Source: Laetmonice hystrix (lineage: Eukaryota). From it: 64,000 nucleotides of DNA. Below are positions 13,111 to 24,507 of this stretch, piece after piece. Both the position numbers and the translations under genes were made by a program. Under the pieces are notes generated by a model. That model did not search any database and was not told the origin of the DNA. It saw nothing but the letters and a program-made list of their open reading frames with translations. Where the stretch lies: contig OZ249436.1 in the NCBI GenBank assembly GCA_965235115.1, forward strand, positions 7,316,001-7,380,000, written 5' to 3'. The first letter of the stretch is position 1, and each line of letters begins with the position of its first letter.

Positions 13111-13126
13111 CCTGCAGGGGGCAGCA
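13111..13126 (+). promoter_or_regulatory. CTCF-like motif
   Basis: cctgcagggggcagca. Confidence 0.4.
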
Positions 13127-14641
13127 CCAGTTCCACGAAAAACATGGCCTACCCCTGGCAGCGCGTCAGCTGGGTGGTAGGTCCATCAACCCTCCACAGT
13201 GATACCGACAAGAAAACTTATCCAGTTATTCTCTACCAAAACCCTGGCAGGAATTTCACCTCGAACTCTTGTAAAATACAGTCTCTGTAATGCGAAGCGT
13301 AACTTGAGGATTTCAAATTAAACAAAAAACCGAACCTTTTTCCCCTAGTGATTGGACCTCATACTTTGATACCAGCCATAATCATCTTAGGATCATGCCA
13401 GAGATAGCGGTACCTGGATCAGGTGGTTAGGCACAGCCAGGAACAGGATAATCTCCTCTCTTCTCTCATACTAATACTTGAAGTTAACCTGCGAAATGAG
13501 GCATGATTTGTACGGTATGTGAAGGGCAGCTGATTTGCGTTACATTCCAATCCATTTCCTACTGGTTTTTGCGCACCGACATCGCATATCGTATCAGACC
13601 CTGTATCTGTCTCATCAGAGGAACCTAAAACCTACCCTGGCTTCTTTCTTTGTGTGCTAAATGATGGAGTACACAGCCAGGACACATCTGTGTTTTATAA
13701 GGTTTCTTGTAGTTGCGACTCGAGCTATGAGCTCTCAGCAAACTTGGAGAAAGACTGGCAGTAGAAATTACGACATAATCATGTGACAACCAAATATCTT
13801 TCATTGATCTTGTAGAAAAAGTTATCTATTCTATATACTCTTCTGTCCTTGATTTCTTTCAGTATTTAACTCTTAATCAGGATATCTGAATGATATTCTT
13901 TGGATGAAGTTTGCTCCGTTACCATACATTGCTGTGTTTCTGTTTCGTATCCATATATAGGTCACAACGAAATGCCAGAGGTGAAAATACAAGATTTGGG
14001 AAGCCGTTTAAGCTGGGCAAGTGGTAAGCGCAACGACTGACAATGTCTTGACCTTTCAGATTGCGTGTCTTCAGATTTATGTGGTGTGTTGCAGGTAATC
14101 GAGTGTTGTACAGTTGGCTGCTTATGGCGGTACAAGGCACTGCACCATCTGAAGTTGACGGACACTAACACCTACAAGTGGCAACTCCTCCAACTAGGCC
14201 TACACGTCCTACAGATAATTTAGTAGCACAACGTAGCATCAGAAGATGACCTTGGTAGACGTGTTCAGTGTTTGTTAAGACCGTTTACAGTCCCTCCATT
14301 ACAATCTCACCGTGAGACTGACCGCCATCGGCCTTAGGTCGGCTCGCGGTGAACGGGACCGCTGTAGACGTGTTCAGTGTTTGTTAAGACCGTTTACAGT
14401 CCTTCCCTTACAATCTCACCGTGAGACTGACCGCCATCGGCCTTAACGGCTCGCGGTGAACGGGACCGCTGTAGACGTGTTCAGTGCTTGTTAAGATCGT
14501 TTACAGTCCCTCCATTACAATCTCACCGTGAGACTGACCGCCATCGGCCTTAGGTCGGCTCGCGGTGAACGGGACCGCTGTAGACGTGTTCAGTGTTTGT
14601 TAAGACCGTTTACAGTCCTTCCCTTACAATCTCACCGTGAG

Positions 14642-14688
14642 ACCAACGAGACTAGACAGACCAGGCAGGTCTGTCTAGTCTCGTTGGT
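14642..14688. mobile_element. 47-bp perfect hairpin insertion (21-bp arms, 5-nt loop) inside a repeat unit
   Basis: accaacgagactagacagacc-aggca-ggtctgtctagtctcgttggt. Absent from sister units. That unit is 50 bp longer, fitting 47 + GAG TSD or 45 + TGAGA TSD. Confidence 0.8.
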
Positions 14689-14759
14689 GAGACTGACCGC
14701 CATCGGCCTTAACGGCTCGAGGTGAGCGGGACCGCTGTAGACGTGTTCAGTGTTTGTGA

Positions 14760-15675
14760 TACCCTAGTCACACTAGAGGCGGAATGAGCCAGAATGCTGT
14801 CGGAATGAAAATTCTTGGTATATTCCTGGATATTCGAAGTGCATTCTAAAAGTTCTGACTGAATTCTGAGTGCATTCCAAATATTCGGGCCCATTCTTGT
14901 GGCCCGCCCGAATGTTTTGCTCATGCTCAAAACTTTCGAGGTGCATTCGAAGGGGAAAAATATCGAACGGCATTCGAAGTGTATTCTAAATGCACTCTGA
15001 CTCCATTCTAAATATTCTTACGGCATTCCAACAGCATTCGAAACATTCTGATCGCATTCGAGGCAGAATCGAAACGGCAAGCCACTTCAAATCCTGCCAG
15101 AATGTCCCGAATGCGCCTCGAATGAGCCGGAATGCACCTCGAATGCATCTCGATTGTTGCCGGAATCTATACTCGAAGATTCGTGTTACATTCTAAGTAC
15201 ATTCGAAGTGCATTCTAAGTATTCGAGCTGCATTCTGTTTGAATTTTTGGACGTTCGAACCATATTCGGCGGCCATTCCGGCAGCGTTCTGACTGCATTT
15301 GAGGTGAATTCGTACAGCATTCGAGGCACCTTCCATCCAGACATCGGGCGGTATTTGGGCAGCAATCGAACCGCACTCGTACGGCATTCGAGGTGCATTC
15401 TAAATATTCTGACTGCATTCTAACAATATTCTAAATATTCCTACTGTGTTCCAACTACATTCGAGATGCATTCGAGCTAATACACCCGGAATGTACAAGA
15501 ATCATTCGAGGCGGGTTCGAAGCGCATTCTAGGTATTCAAACGCTATTCTTACAAAGCTGTAAGAATTTTGGTCAATTTGAAATTCCCTCCCGAATGTGG
15601 CGCGAATTTTGAGAATTCTTCATTCCGGCTGGTTCTGCTTGATTCCTGCTGATTCCGAATAAGTGTGACGGGGGT
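14760..15675. mobile_element. PIF/Harbinger-like MITE, 916 bp, with dense internal cattcga/gaatg motifs
   Basis: TIRs taccctagtcacact and (rc) taccccgtcacactt. Inserted at gTTAag of the repeat unit, with flanks TGA (left, one mismatch) and TTA (right), i.e. a 3-bp TTA TSD. No transposase ORF. Confidence 0.8.
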
Positions 15676-15937
15676 ATTAAGACCGTTTACAGTCCTTCCA
15701 TTACAATCTCACCGTGAGACTGACCGCCATCGGCCTTAACGGCTCGAGGTGAACGGGACCGCTGTAGACGTATTCAGTGTTTGTTAAGACCGTTTACAGT
15801 CCTTCCATTACAATCTCACCGTGAGACTGACCGCCATCGGCCTTAGGTCGGCTCGCGGTGAACGGGACCGCTGTAGACGTGTAGGGACATGTATCCTTCT
15901 ATACACGACCGAAATCTAACACAGTTGGCAACCTCTT

Positions 15938-15971
15938 CATCTCTCTCCCTCTCTCTCTCCCTCTCTCTCTC
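15938..15971. repeat. (CT)n-type microsatellite
   Basis: ctctctccctctctctctccctctctctctc. Confidence 0.85.
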
Positions 15972-16382
15972 ATCGCCGACTCCAGATCCCGCTCCGTGTT
16001 AAACGTCAACACCTACATCGTCTTTTTACACAAGATGAAAATCACTTCAAACACCCCTCCCCCGCCTACCGGGGAAAAAAGAAACATGACCAACAAGGCC
16101 GTCAAGATGACTGATTGGCTATTGCTGTTTTCTCGACAGCCCTGGAATTTCCCGAAATATAGTCGGCATTCCTTGATTGGTTTCTCCCTATCTGACGAGG
16201 AGACACCGTGTCACCTGGGTAGCTCATTTGTCCCTGTTGGTTTCGCTATCAAGGTATCCTCCCAACCTGATGACTAGACATGTGAATAATCTCGGCAGAG
16301 TTTAATAGTCTGAACCAGAGGACCGGTGGTGCCACCTTGGAGCCAGTTAAAAAACCGCTCTCTCGTTTAATCATTACAAAAC

Positions 16383-17338
16383 GTGTCTGACGTACGGAGG
16401 ACCGGGGTCCGGGAATACCACGCCGTGTCTGACGTACGGAGGACCGGGGTCTGGGAATACCACGCCGTGTCTGACGTACGGAGGACCAGGGTCTGGGAAT
16501 ACCACACCGTGTCTCAAGTACGGAGGACCGGGGTCTGGGAATACCACGCCGTGTCTGACGTACGGAGGACCGGGGTCCGGGAATACCACGCCGTGTCTGA
16601 CGTACGGAGGACCGGGGTCCGGGAATACCACGCCGTGTCTGACGTACGGAGGACCGGGGTCTGGGAATACCACGCCGTGTCTGACGTACGGAGGACCGGG
16701 GTCCGGGAATACCAGGCCGTGTCTGACGTACGGAGGACCGGGGTCCGGGAATACCACGCCGTGTCTGACGTATGGAGGACCGGGGTCTGGGAATACCACG
16801 CCGTGTCTGACGTACGGAGGACCGGGGTCCGGGAATACCACGCCGTGTCTGACGTACGGAGGACCGGGGTCTGGGAATACCACGCCGTGTCTGACGTACG
16901 GAGGACCGGGGTCCGGGAATACCACGCCTCGTCTGACGTATGGAGGACCGGGGTCTGGGAATACCACGCCGTGTCTGACGTATGGAGGACCGGGGTCTGG
17001 GAATACCACGCCGTGTCTGACGTATGGAGGACCGGGGTCTGGGAATACCACGCCGTGTCTGACGTACGGAGGACCAGGGTCCGGGAATACCACGCCTCGT
17101 CTGACGTATGGAGGACCGGGGTCCGGGAATACCACGCCGTGTCTGACGTACGGAGGACCGGGGTCTGGGAATACCACGCCGTGTCTGACGTACGGAGGAC
17201 CGGGGTCCGGGAATACCACACCGTGTCTGACGTACGGAGGACCGGGGTCTGGGAATACCACACCGTGTCTGACGTACGGAGGACCGGGGTCCGGGAATAC
17301 CATGGCTGACGTACGGAGGACCGGGGTCCGGGAATACC
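16383..17338. repeat. 42-bp GC/CpG-rich minisatellite, about 23 copies
   Basis: Unit gtgtctgacgtacggaggaccggggtccgggaataccacgcc, with ggacc/ggtcc stem. Source of four long repeat ORFs in the track. Confidence 0.98.
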
Positions 17339-19154
17339 GGCACTCTAACACGGACGGCAGTGGTCTGAGCATGGCCTACTCGCCATTGGTTCATCTTTAT
17401 TATACCAAAGTCTGAAATTACATAGCACTGTCCGTTCTGCAATTATTGTGTGTGAAACATAAATTTAACGTAACAATACGACATAAAAACCCCAAGTATC
17501 CCAGTTTTATCCCAAGTATCCCATCCTATTATAGATAGTATAAGTTAAAACTCCAAATCGTCAGGAGACAGCAGTAGTTACCAAACGACAGACGAGAACA
17601 GCAGAATGATTTATAACGTGTTTCTGAGGTGGAAGAAGAGGGGGTACATAGGGGTTGGGGGTGGTTGGGTCGGGGGTGGGAGTGTTGGGGTTGGGGTTGG
17701 GGGTTGTATAGCAAGGGATGGAGGCGGGAGTGTAATTACACGCCCGGATGTAAAACCACCTGGAGGTGCCTCCATTAGCCCTGGAGGGCCTCCTCCAGAC
17801 CAGACACACCTGACCATGTGATCAGCAGGATTCCATGGACCTCGGGGACCCATGGACCGCCACTGGGTCCACCTAGGCCCTCCTGTACGGCCTCCAGTCG
17901 GGCGGCCCCACCCAGGAGGTTGACCCGTCGACTCGTGTCCACCTTTCTATGAGCGGGTCGGTGAGGACCAGGCCCCATCAGTCACCGTGGGTCCGGCACG
18001 GGGGTCCCTCCCACCGACCGGCCGGGGATGTCGGACTATCACAGGTCTACCACCGACTGTCTGAATGAATGAACGAGCCTCAACACCTTGAGGCTCTCAA
18101 TTCTACGGGTGTTAGGTCTCACCAACGACCCCCAAGCTCCCTATCCCGCTCTGTGCACGACACCCTTCGGGTATTGCTTACCTGACTGTGTGAACTGAAT
18201 TCCGGGGTGAACTGATCTAATGACTACAAGATGGACCCCACCACAGGAACCGGTAATCATGACAAATGAGTAATGTGGGCCCAACTGTTTACAAAAGGGC
18301 ATCTATTTCCAGCCAAATGTTCCGCGAGTCTCTAAAGGTTCTCCAAGTCCCGGCGTGTTCACCCTCAGGCAGGTCTACAGGTGTCTCTGGGCGTCTCTGT
18401 GCCAGAAGGAACGCTAGTACATACCATCTACCCACCGGGCCCGCTCGACCGGAAGTGTTTCCTTCTTAACACAATTGTCCTTTCAGTCAGGTGTTTTATT
18501 ATTCCTCAGAGTTCTGGTCCCCAAAAATTCTAACTTGATTGATTCCCCCCCACAGGAGGTCACAAAGTAAAGGTTAGTGTCCCCTTGGAGGCACAATCGC
18601 CTCCAAACTCCCTCTGTGGTGTTCGCCACCCGCCTCCAAAAGTTCACTGGGGCAGTGGGTAGGGAATGTTGGAGCAGCGACCTAGGGAAATCATCATTGA
18701 ACCTTTACAATACCACACACGAAGTCTCTCTATCCTGATCCAATCACTGGAGCAGAGGAACGGCCGCTGAGCCAATTCTACCACCGGAGAGTATACGCCC
18801 AACCCCACCTTCAAACATTTTCCTGAGCTTTCCCGCTAGAAAATTCCATCCACGTTTTGTGCCGTCATTATGGGGATACCTTTATTTTTTTGGGGGAAAA
18901 TCTAAACTGTGTCCATACGTCGCATCTCTCCGACATCTCATAAATACAAACTAATGAGGCCAAAGTAGATTCGTATCATGGATTCTTTTATAAAACTGAT
19001 TTTCTCAGCCGTAAACTGACCCCGTGAGATTGCAGTCTAACCAAGAACCACTAGTAAGATCTATTTAGCATGTCACTTATATCTATTACCAGACAAGTCG
19101 GAGCCTCCGACTGCTAATGAGGCTGCAACCATCCAAACACATAAAACAAATACT

Positions 19155-19463
19155 TGCTACAATCCCTGCCTCACATCTATCACTCAAACCTGGCTGGGCC
19201 TTGGCCTGTTTTCTTACCTGATTCAAAATAAGGGATCAACCTCCTCCCGCCCCCGACAGCCGGCTCTTCCTAACCACGTGGTTCTGTTTCCTCCCCTTCA
19301 CTCCTTGTAGTTGGCACGTTCCTACTTCTACTTCTTTACACTTAAAAACTACTTTCTAACTTTGTCATAATTACATCTGCTGTCTTGAAATAAAACAGTT
19401 TGCAGTTGTAGAACATCTACTGGCATCCATGGCTCCTTGTTCTTGTATTAGAGTTGGACAACA
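19155..19463 (+). mobile_element. Possible degenerate solo LTR
   Basis: Starts tgctaca, contains AATAAA near 19386 and ends ...ttggacaaca (TG...CA-type ends). No TSD or PBS found, so weak. Confidence 0.25.
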
Positions 19464-22400
19464 CACACCTCCCCCAGGTAGTCGTCCCTGGAACGCCGTA
19501 CTCTTTATCATATAGGTTCTCGGTTAATTAGAGATGTCATTTTCTTAAAACCAACTAAAACTAAAACTAAAACAATTTCAAGATTCTTCGGAGCTGCCTT
19601 TCTTCTCTGTGTCTTCACGATATTGAGACGGCGACGGTTTTATATGGTCTTTCTGTCCCTTTAATAGAGAACGTTGAGCTGGTTACTGAGTGGACCGAGA
19701 CCTGTCTGAGGCTGGGTGTTGGCCTTCTCCATCACAACATGACCTGTGCGTGGCAAGAAAATCATTTTGTTCCTTCTCCTCTTGGTTTCTAGGAGGAGAT
19801 ACCTCCCATGGGGGAGTCTTGGGGTTCTCTGAAAATTAGTTAGGTGTTATGCCCTCTGTCGCACACGGGGCTTTTGTGGAGCCATCAGCCGGTCCTGCTG
19901 AGGTCTCCAGGGCAGGTCCAGATGTGCTGGATATCCAGTACCTCCTTGGCAGCGTCCCACCTGGAGGGAGAACGTACCCAGGAGGGCCGGGTATGTACCG
20001 GTAACTGGTCTCTGGAGGAGAGACGTCGGTCTTCTGTAAGTGGTAGGAGCAATAGGAAGGATTCCTACATCACGCCACTCCCAAAAAACAAACCTCCCTG
20101 GCCATTAACAATCTTGACATTTACCATTTAAAAAAGCATCATTTGATACGATTACAGAAAGCTCATCTTGTGTTTGGCAAGCTTTTTTTCACGCCGGAAA
20201 TATACCTGCTGGCCTGAAAGCTACACCTCTATCAATTGTCGGGGTGACCGTGTGTCTATAAGTTGGGGCCAATCCATCTTGCCACGCGGACTTAATACTG
20301 TCCGCTATACTCGGTCACAGCCGTATGATGACTATGTTTCCTCTGCCGGCGAAGGCTATCAATGTGAGCGTGTCACTGAACGGCCCGCTGTCGGCTTACC
20401 TGGCCCCGTGGTCCTGGATGGACTCGTATTGCCATGTGGCTTTCATTTATTTTGTGTTTTTCAAATTGTTGGCAATGATGGAAAGGCCTGTAAACATGGA
20501 GGTCTTGTGGCCTGCGTGCGTCGAGTCTCCTGTTTCTTCCCAAAGCACGGACGATGTTACTTCCCCAAGAAGTTGACCTGGTCAACAGCGACTTTTTATC
20601 ACCCACTCGATATCCACCTGTGAGATTTTTTTTCAATTTTTTTTTTTTTTGGGGGTGGGGGGGTGGGGTGGGGGGGGATCTTGCCAATTAGATTATTCAC
20701 CTGTGGAGGTAATACAAATAGGCTAATAGATGCTAATGTATGCACTGATGCTATCTAGTCGCCTTACACTTTCTACTGGCGTAACTCCCCCTTAAATAAG
20801 ATTTATCTCCTGCAATACTTCTCAATCATCTGCTAGACAATCTAATTATCCTAATTTCTTTTTTTTAATATTTCCTTTTAGATGATTTCATACTCTATGC
20901 TTTAAATTATCTGTGTCTTTTTACTGCCCAGTCCAGCGAACTGAGATCCTAATTCGCGTGAAAAGAATTGCCCGATTTCAATTTTCCATGTTGTAATAGA
21001 GACGAGGCCTGGTAAGTCATGTGTAAGCTGAAACTGAACTCCAGCGACTACTTATGTCATCAAGGATGAGTTATTAATGACTGCACAATATCAGATAGGC
21101 GTCTGTAAAACTGTGGGAAGCGGGCAAATACTGGTGTCATTCCGCTTACGTGGCTTCCCGCTAATCAATCCCAGCCGTCGCAATCCATTTGGTTAGAGCA
21201 TGGGTCCAATATAAAACCCTGTCAGTTTGAACGAGCATCCTAACCAATCCCAGCTTATCTAACGTGCACTCATATTCCCCCACCTGATGCCTGCTCACCA
21301 TTTGAGCTGAGCTCTGGGAATTTCTGCGGGGGCGTTGGAACTCTGATGCACTCCCATAAAGACAGCCGTTCAGTAACTGTCCTTCACTGTTCTGTCAGTT
21401 TCCAGTTCCACCCTTACCTATAGCCACCACCTGTGGACCAAGAGTCCAAAACTTGAGGGTTTCGGCTCTATAATGACCATCATATACGTCCACTTCTGAT
21501 AGGCATCTTCGTCTGACAGCACCCAGCCTTGGCATTCCAGATTAATTAACCCATTTCTGCACGGGTCATAGACCTGCCTCAAAGAGTTCAGGGCTGCCGT
21601 GCAAGTTCCTGATGATCTTCCTGGAACCAGTCTCCGCCCCAGACCCGCGCCACTGGTGCATACCTGACAAGCATACGTATGGCCCCGTGCCCACCTGCTC
21701 CTGGCTATGACGTACTCGGCTAGCAAGTAATCGGTGACCTTTACAACTGTTGACAGCCACGGCTCACCTGGGGGTGCTTTCAGTCCTTCTTTGGCCTGGC
21801 ACCCGTCGCCGTGTGCTCCCTTCCCCTCCCACAACCTCACATATAAACACCTGGCCCTTAAAAAAAACATAATCCGGAGGGAAACCCAAGTCGGAAAACG
21901 ATTCCCAGGTATACCGCGTAATAATCAGTCAAAGCCGACTTCTGCACACACTTCTCCTGCAAGAAATCACGTATTATCGCCTGGCGGGGAAAGACGGGCG
22001 TCACGCGCGCCTTTTTCTCCCTTCTAAATTGTCTGGGACCAAATTGTAAGGTAGAGATCAGATATCACTGTGATCAAACCAGTGTGCCTATAATCTTCAG
22101 CAAAGCCGGGGAAGGCGGTGGGGAAAAAGGAGACGGGAAAAATAATAGGAAATATGGGAGAAAAAAAGATAGATTTAGATGCTATCTAATATCCATTTTA
22201 TGTCACAGCAGAATAAAAACTTTAATGGATAAAGGAGTAGATCATCCACTACGGATTGGATAGAGTTATAGCACTGACATCTTCCAACGTCTTCTAATGT
22301 CTTTTTCATAGGTAAACGTACAGGTATTTGAACAATTTTGTGTCACAGAGATCTCCAAATCTCGATATACTTCCACATAAATACAATGCACAATAATTAC

Positions 22401-22699
22401 AGGCGATGTGCCGCGCCATAAAAGGCCCGGGGTTTTCCAAATTCATGTCTATCCATTCCAGTTCCCGTCCACATTGTGCATCATGTTCTCCGAAGTGTTG
22501 TCGCATTATAAAGCATGTAGGAAAGTATCTTTAAACGTTTCAAACTTGATACGAGACCCTGATCATCTGTCTCAGATCTGACGATGAACAGTTATCGAAT
22601 CTTGTGTACGCCATGAAATATTCTCAACATGCGGTATTCCCTTCGGATTATTGTCAAAGATCCCACCAAATGAAGCTGACGTTAGTTTTGAGGGACGTT

Positions 22700-22941
22700 A
22701 CATGTAGGTGTCGAAGGCCTACAGTCCTGGACCATGCTGAGGGGTCTTCATGTACCAGACACATGTAGGTGTCGAAGGCCTACAGTCCTGGACCATGCTG
22801 AGGGGTCTTCATGTACCAGACACATGTAGGTGTCGAAGGCCTACAGTCCTGGACCATGCTGAGGGGTCTTCATGTACCAGACACATGTAGGTGTCGAAGG
22901 CCTACAGTCCTGGACCATGCTGAGGGGTCTTCATGTACCAG
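22700..22941. repeat. 61-bp minisatellite, 4 essentially identical copies
   Basis: Unit acatgtaggtgtcgaaggcctacagtcctggaccatgctgaggggtcttcatgtaccagac, with tgtagg/cctaca stem. Confidence 0.97.
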
Positions 22942-24507
22942 CTAAAACTGCAGCATAAACAATGTTTATCCTCTACTAAACTTAAAAAAGTTTGCGTTCT
23001 CCCTCTGCATGTATTGCTTTCTACATGGCAGCACCCGAGCGACCTTTTACATTTCTTATCTGGAAGACGTTGTGTTCAATCAACTCTAACATGCCTGGCT
23101 GAGTGACGAGATACACTCTCTCCCTTTTATCTTATCGGTAGCAAATGTTGCTGTGTCCGAGGACAACCCATACCGAACCACCACTGTGCTGCCATCAGAC
23201 CGACCGCAAATCTAAACCCATAAACAATATCAAAGGACAAGGCTGCACAGGTGAGTTGCTCTCTTTATATTTTTTTACTTAGCAAGCCCAGCATGATAGT
23301 TAGTCTGACCCTGCTGAGCTTGAAAGTAGAACTCTGTGAAACGTTAGCAAGCACACGTGTCAGAGCAACTGTCGGCTGTCGGCGCTGCCCTCCCTACCAC
23401 CTTTCCTCTCTTACTACAAGGTTTGAGTGACAGGTCAACGGAATTTCTCAGCTCCCCTTCCACATGGGCCCGTGCTATTTGACATATCTCTTGTCCCAGA
23501 ACTGGTGTCCTTTGCTTGTTAGCAGCATCTGTCTGGGCGGATCCAGACTCGGTTATGTGTTCTGAGACGGTCCTGTCATCAACACCCGTGGCAGCAGTTT
23601 CTATAGCTCACTAATGAGATCTCACAGGAGATACCACGGATCCTGTTCACCGCTCACATCGCCTGCTTGACTGATCGTCACGCCCCCTGGTATCAACAAC
23701 TTCTACACCTTGTGTTCTCGGTGTCCCGTGAGAACCGGGTAGTGCACGGCCTGGTCCCGGGGCTGGCTCACGTGTCGGCGGCCGCTACCTATCATCACAA
23801 CTCAAGACGTCCGGCTATGTCTTAGCATGGTAATATCCTCGTTTATTAACACGGTACTTAGCACACATGGTCCTTAACACACGCGGTCCTTAACACACAT
23901 GGTCTTTATCACATGAAGATAACCTCATTATGTAGAAACTATGCTCGCTCGTCGACCTCCTTACTTGTTTGACCTCTGACTTATCTTGTTTTATCCACTG
24001 TAGCTCAAAATGATGGATTAATTATGGGAATCCGTATTTTTGTAGCGCATAAAACAGAAAGACTGGTCTTTAACGCTGTGGTTTAAACATAGTATTACGG
24101 AAGACGTAGACTTTAGAAAATATATAAGAGTAAATGTGAGGTTATTTTATATATGTGACCCTCCACCACAAAACCAGGCATAAGTCGCAAATTGTCAAAT
24201 CTGAGTTATTTATACCATCTTAAAGTAGTGATTCTAATGGTGTGTCTCTACGTTGAATATAAGTCATGTTATAGCCAATGGCTAATTAAACTATTTTTCT
24301 GAGGGTTTAGGGAATTTCTGACATAGATGTTTTTCTATCGCTTGCTGATGGAATCTCAAAACCGGCCAGAAATCATTGTCATTATGGAAACTGGCCTCTA
24401 GCTCTAAACTACCCAGCGCGACTTATGCGTAACATTAGGCACCTTTGTTTGGTGTAAAACTCACCTGGTCACATTGATGTAAAAAAAAAAAGAGAAAGTG
24501 GACTCAC

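Larger units (their letters stand above)
14255..15881. repeat. 107/109-bp tandem repeat, about 6 units, interrupted by two insertions
   Basis: Unit gtagacgtgttcagtgtttgttaagaccgtttacagtcc...tctcaccgtgagactgaccgccatcggcctta(ggt/a)cggctcgcggtgaacgggaccgct. Unit starts at 14255, 14364, 14471, 14580 and 14737, then continues after 15675. Confidence 0.95.

Noticed and set aside
13095-13145. Zinc-knuckle-like RCQTCRGQH (DIRS/Ngaro gag)
   Set aside because: Isolated short motif with no RT, RNase H or tyrosine recombinase motif nearby.
16249-17442. 397-aa Arg/Pro-rich and 332-aa (VFPDPGPPYVRHGV)n ORFs resembling protamine or shell-matrix proteins
   Set aside because: Several frames on both strands are open at once. 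The variation follows CpG decay rather than codon structure, and there is no supporting gene context. Only RNA-seq or proteomics could rescue it.
20168-20623. RING-like LPCGFHLFC in a 151-aa ORF
   Set aside because: The required CxxC pairs before and after are missing, and there is no exon structure.
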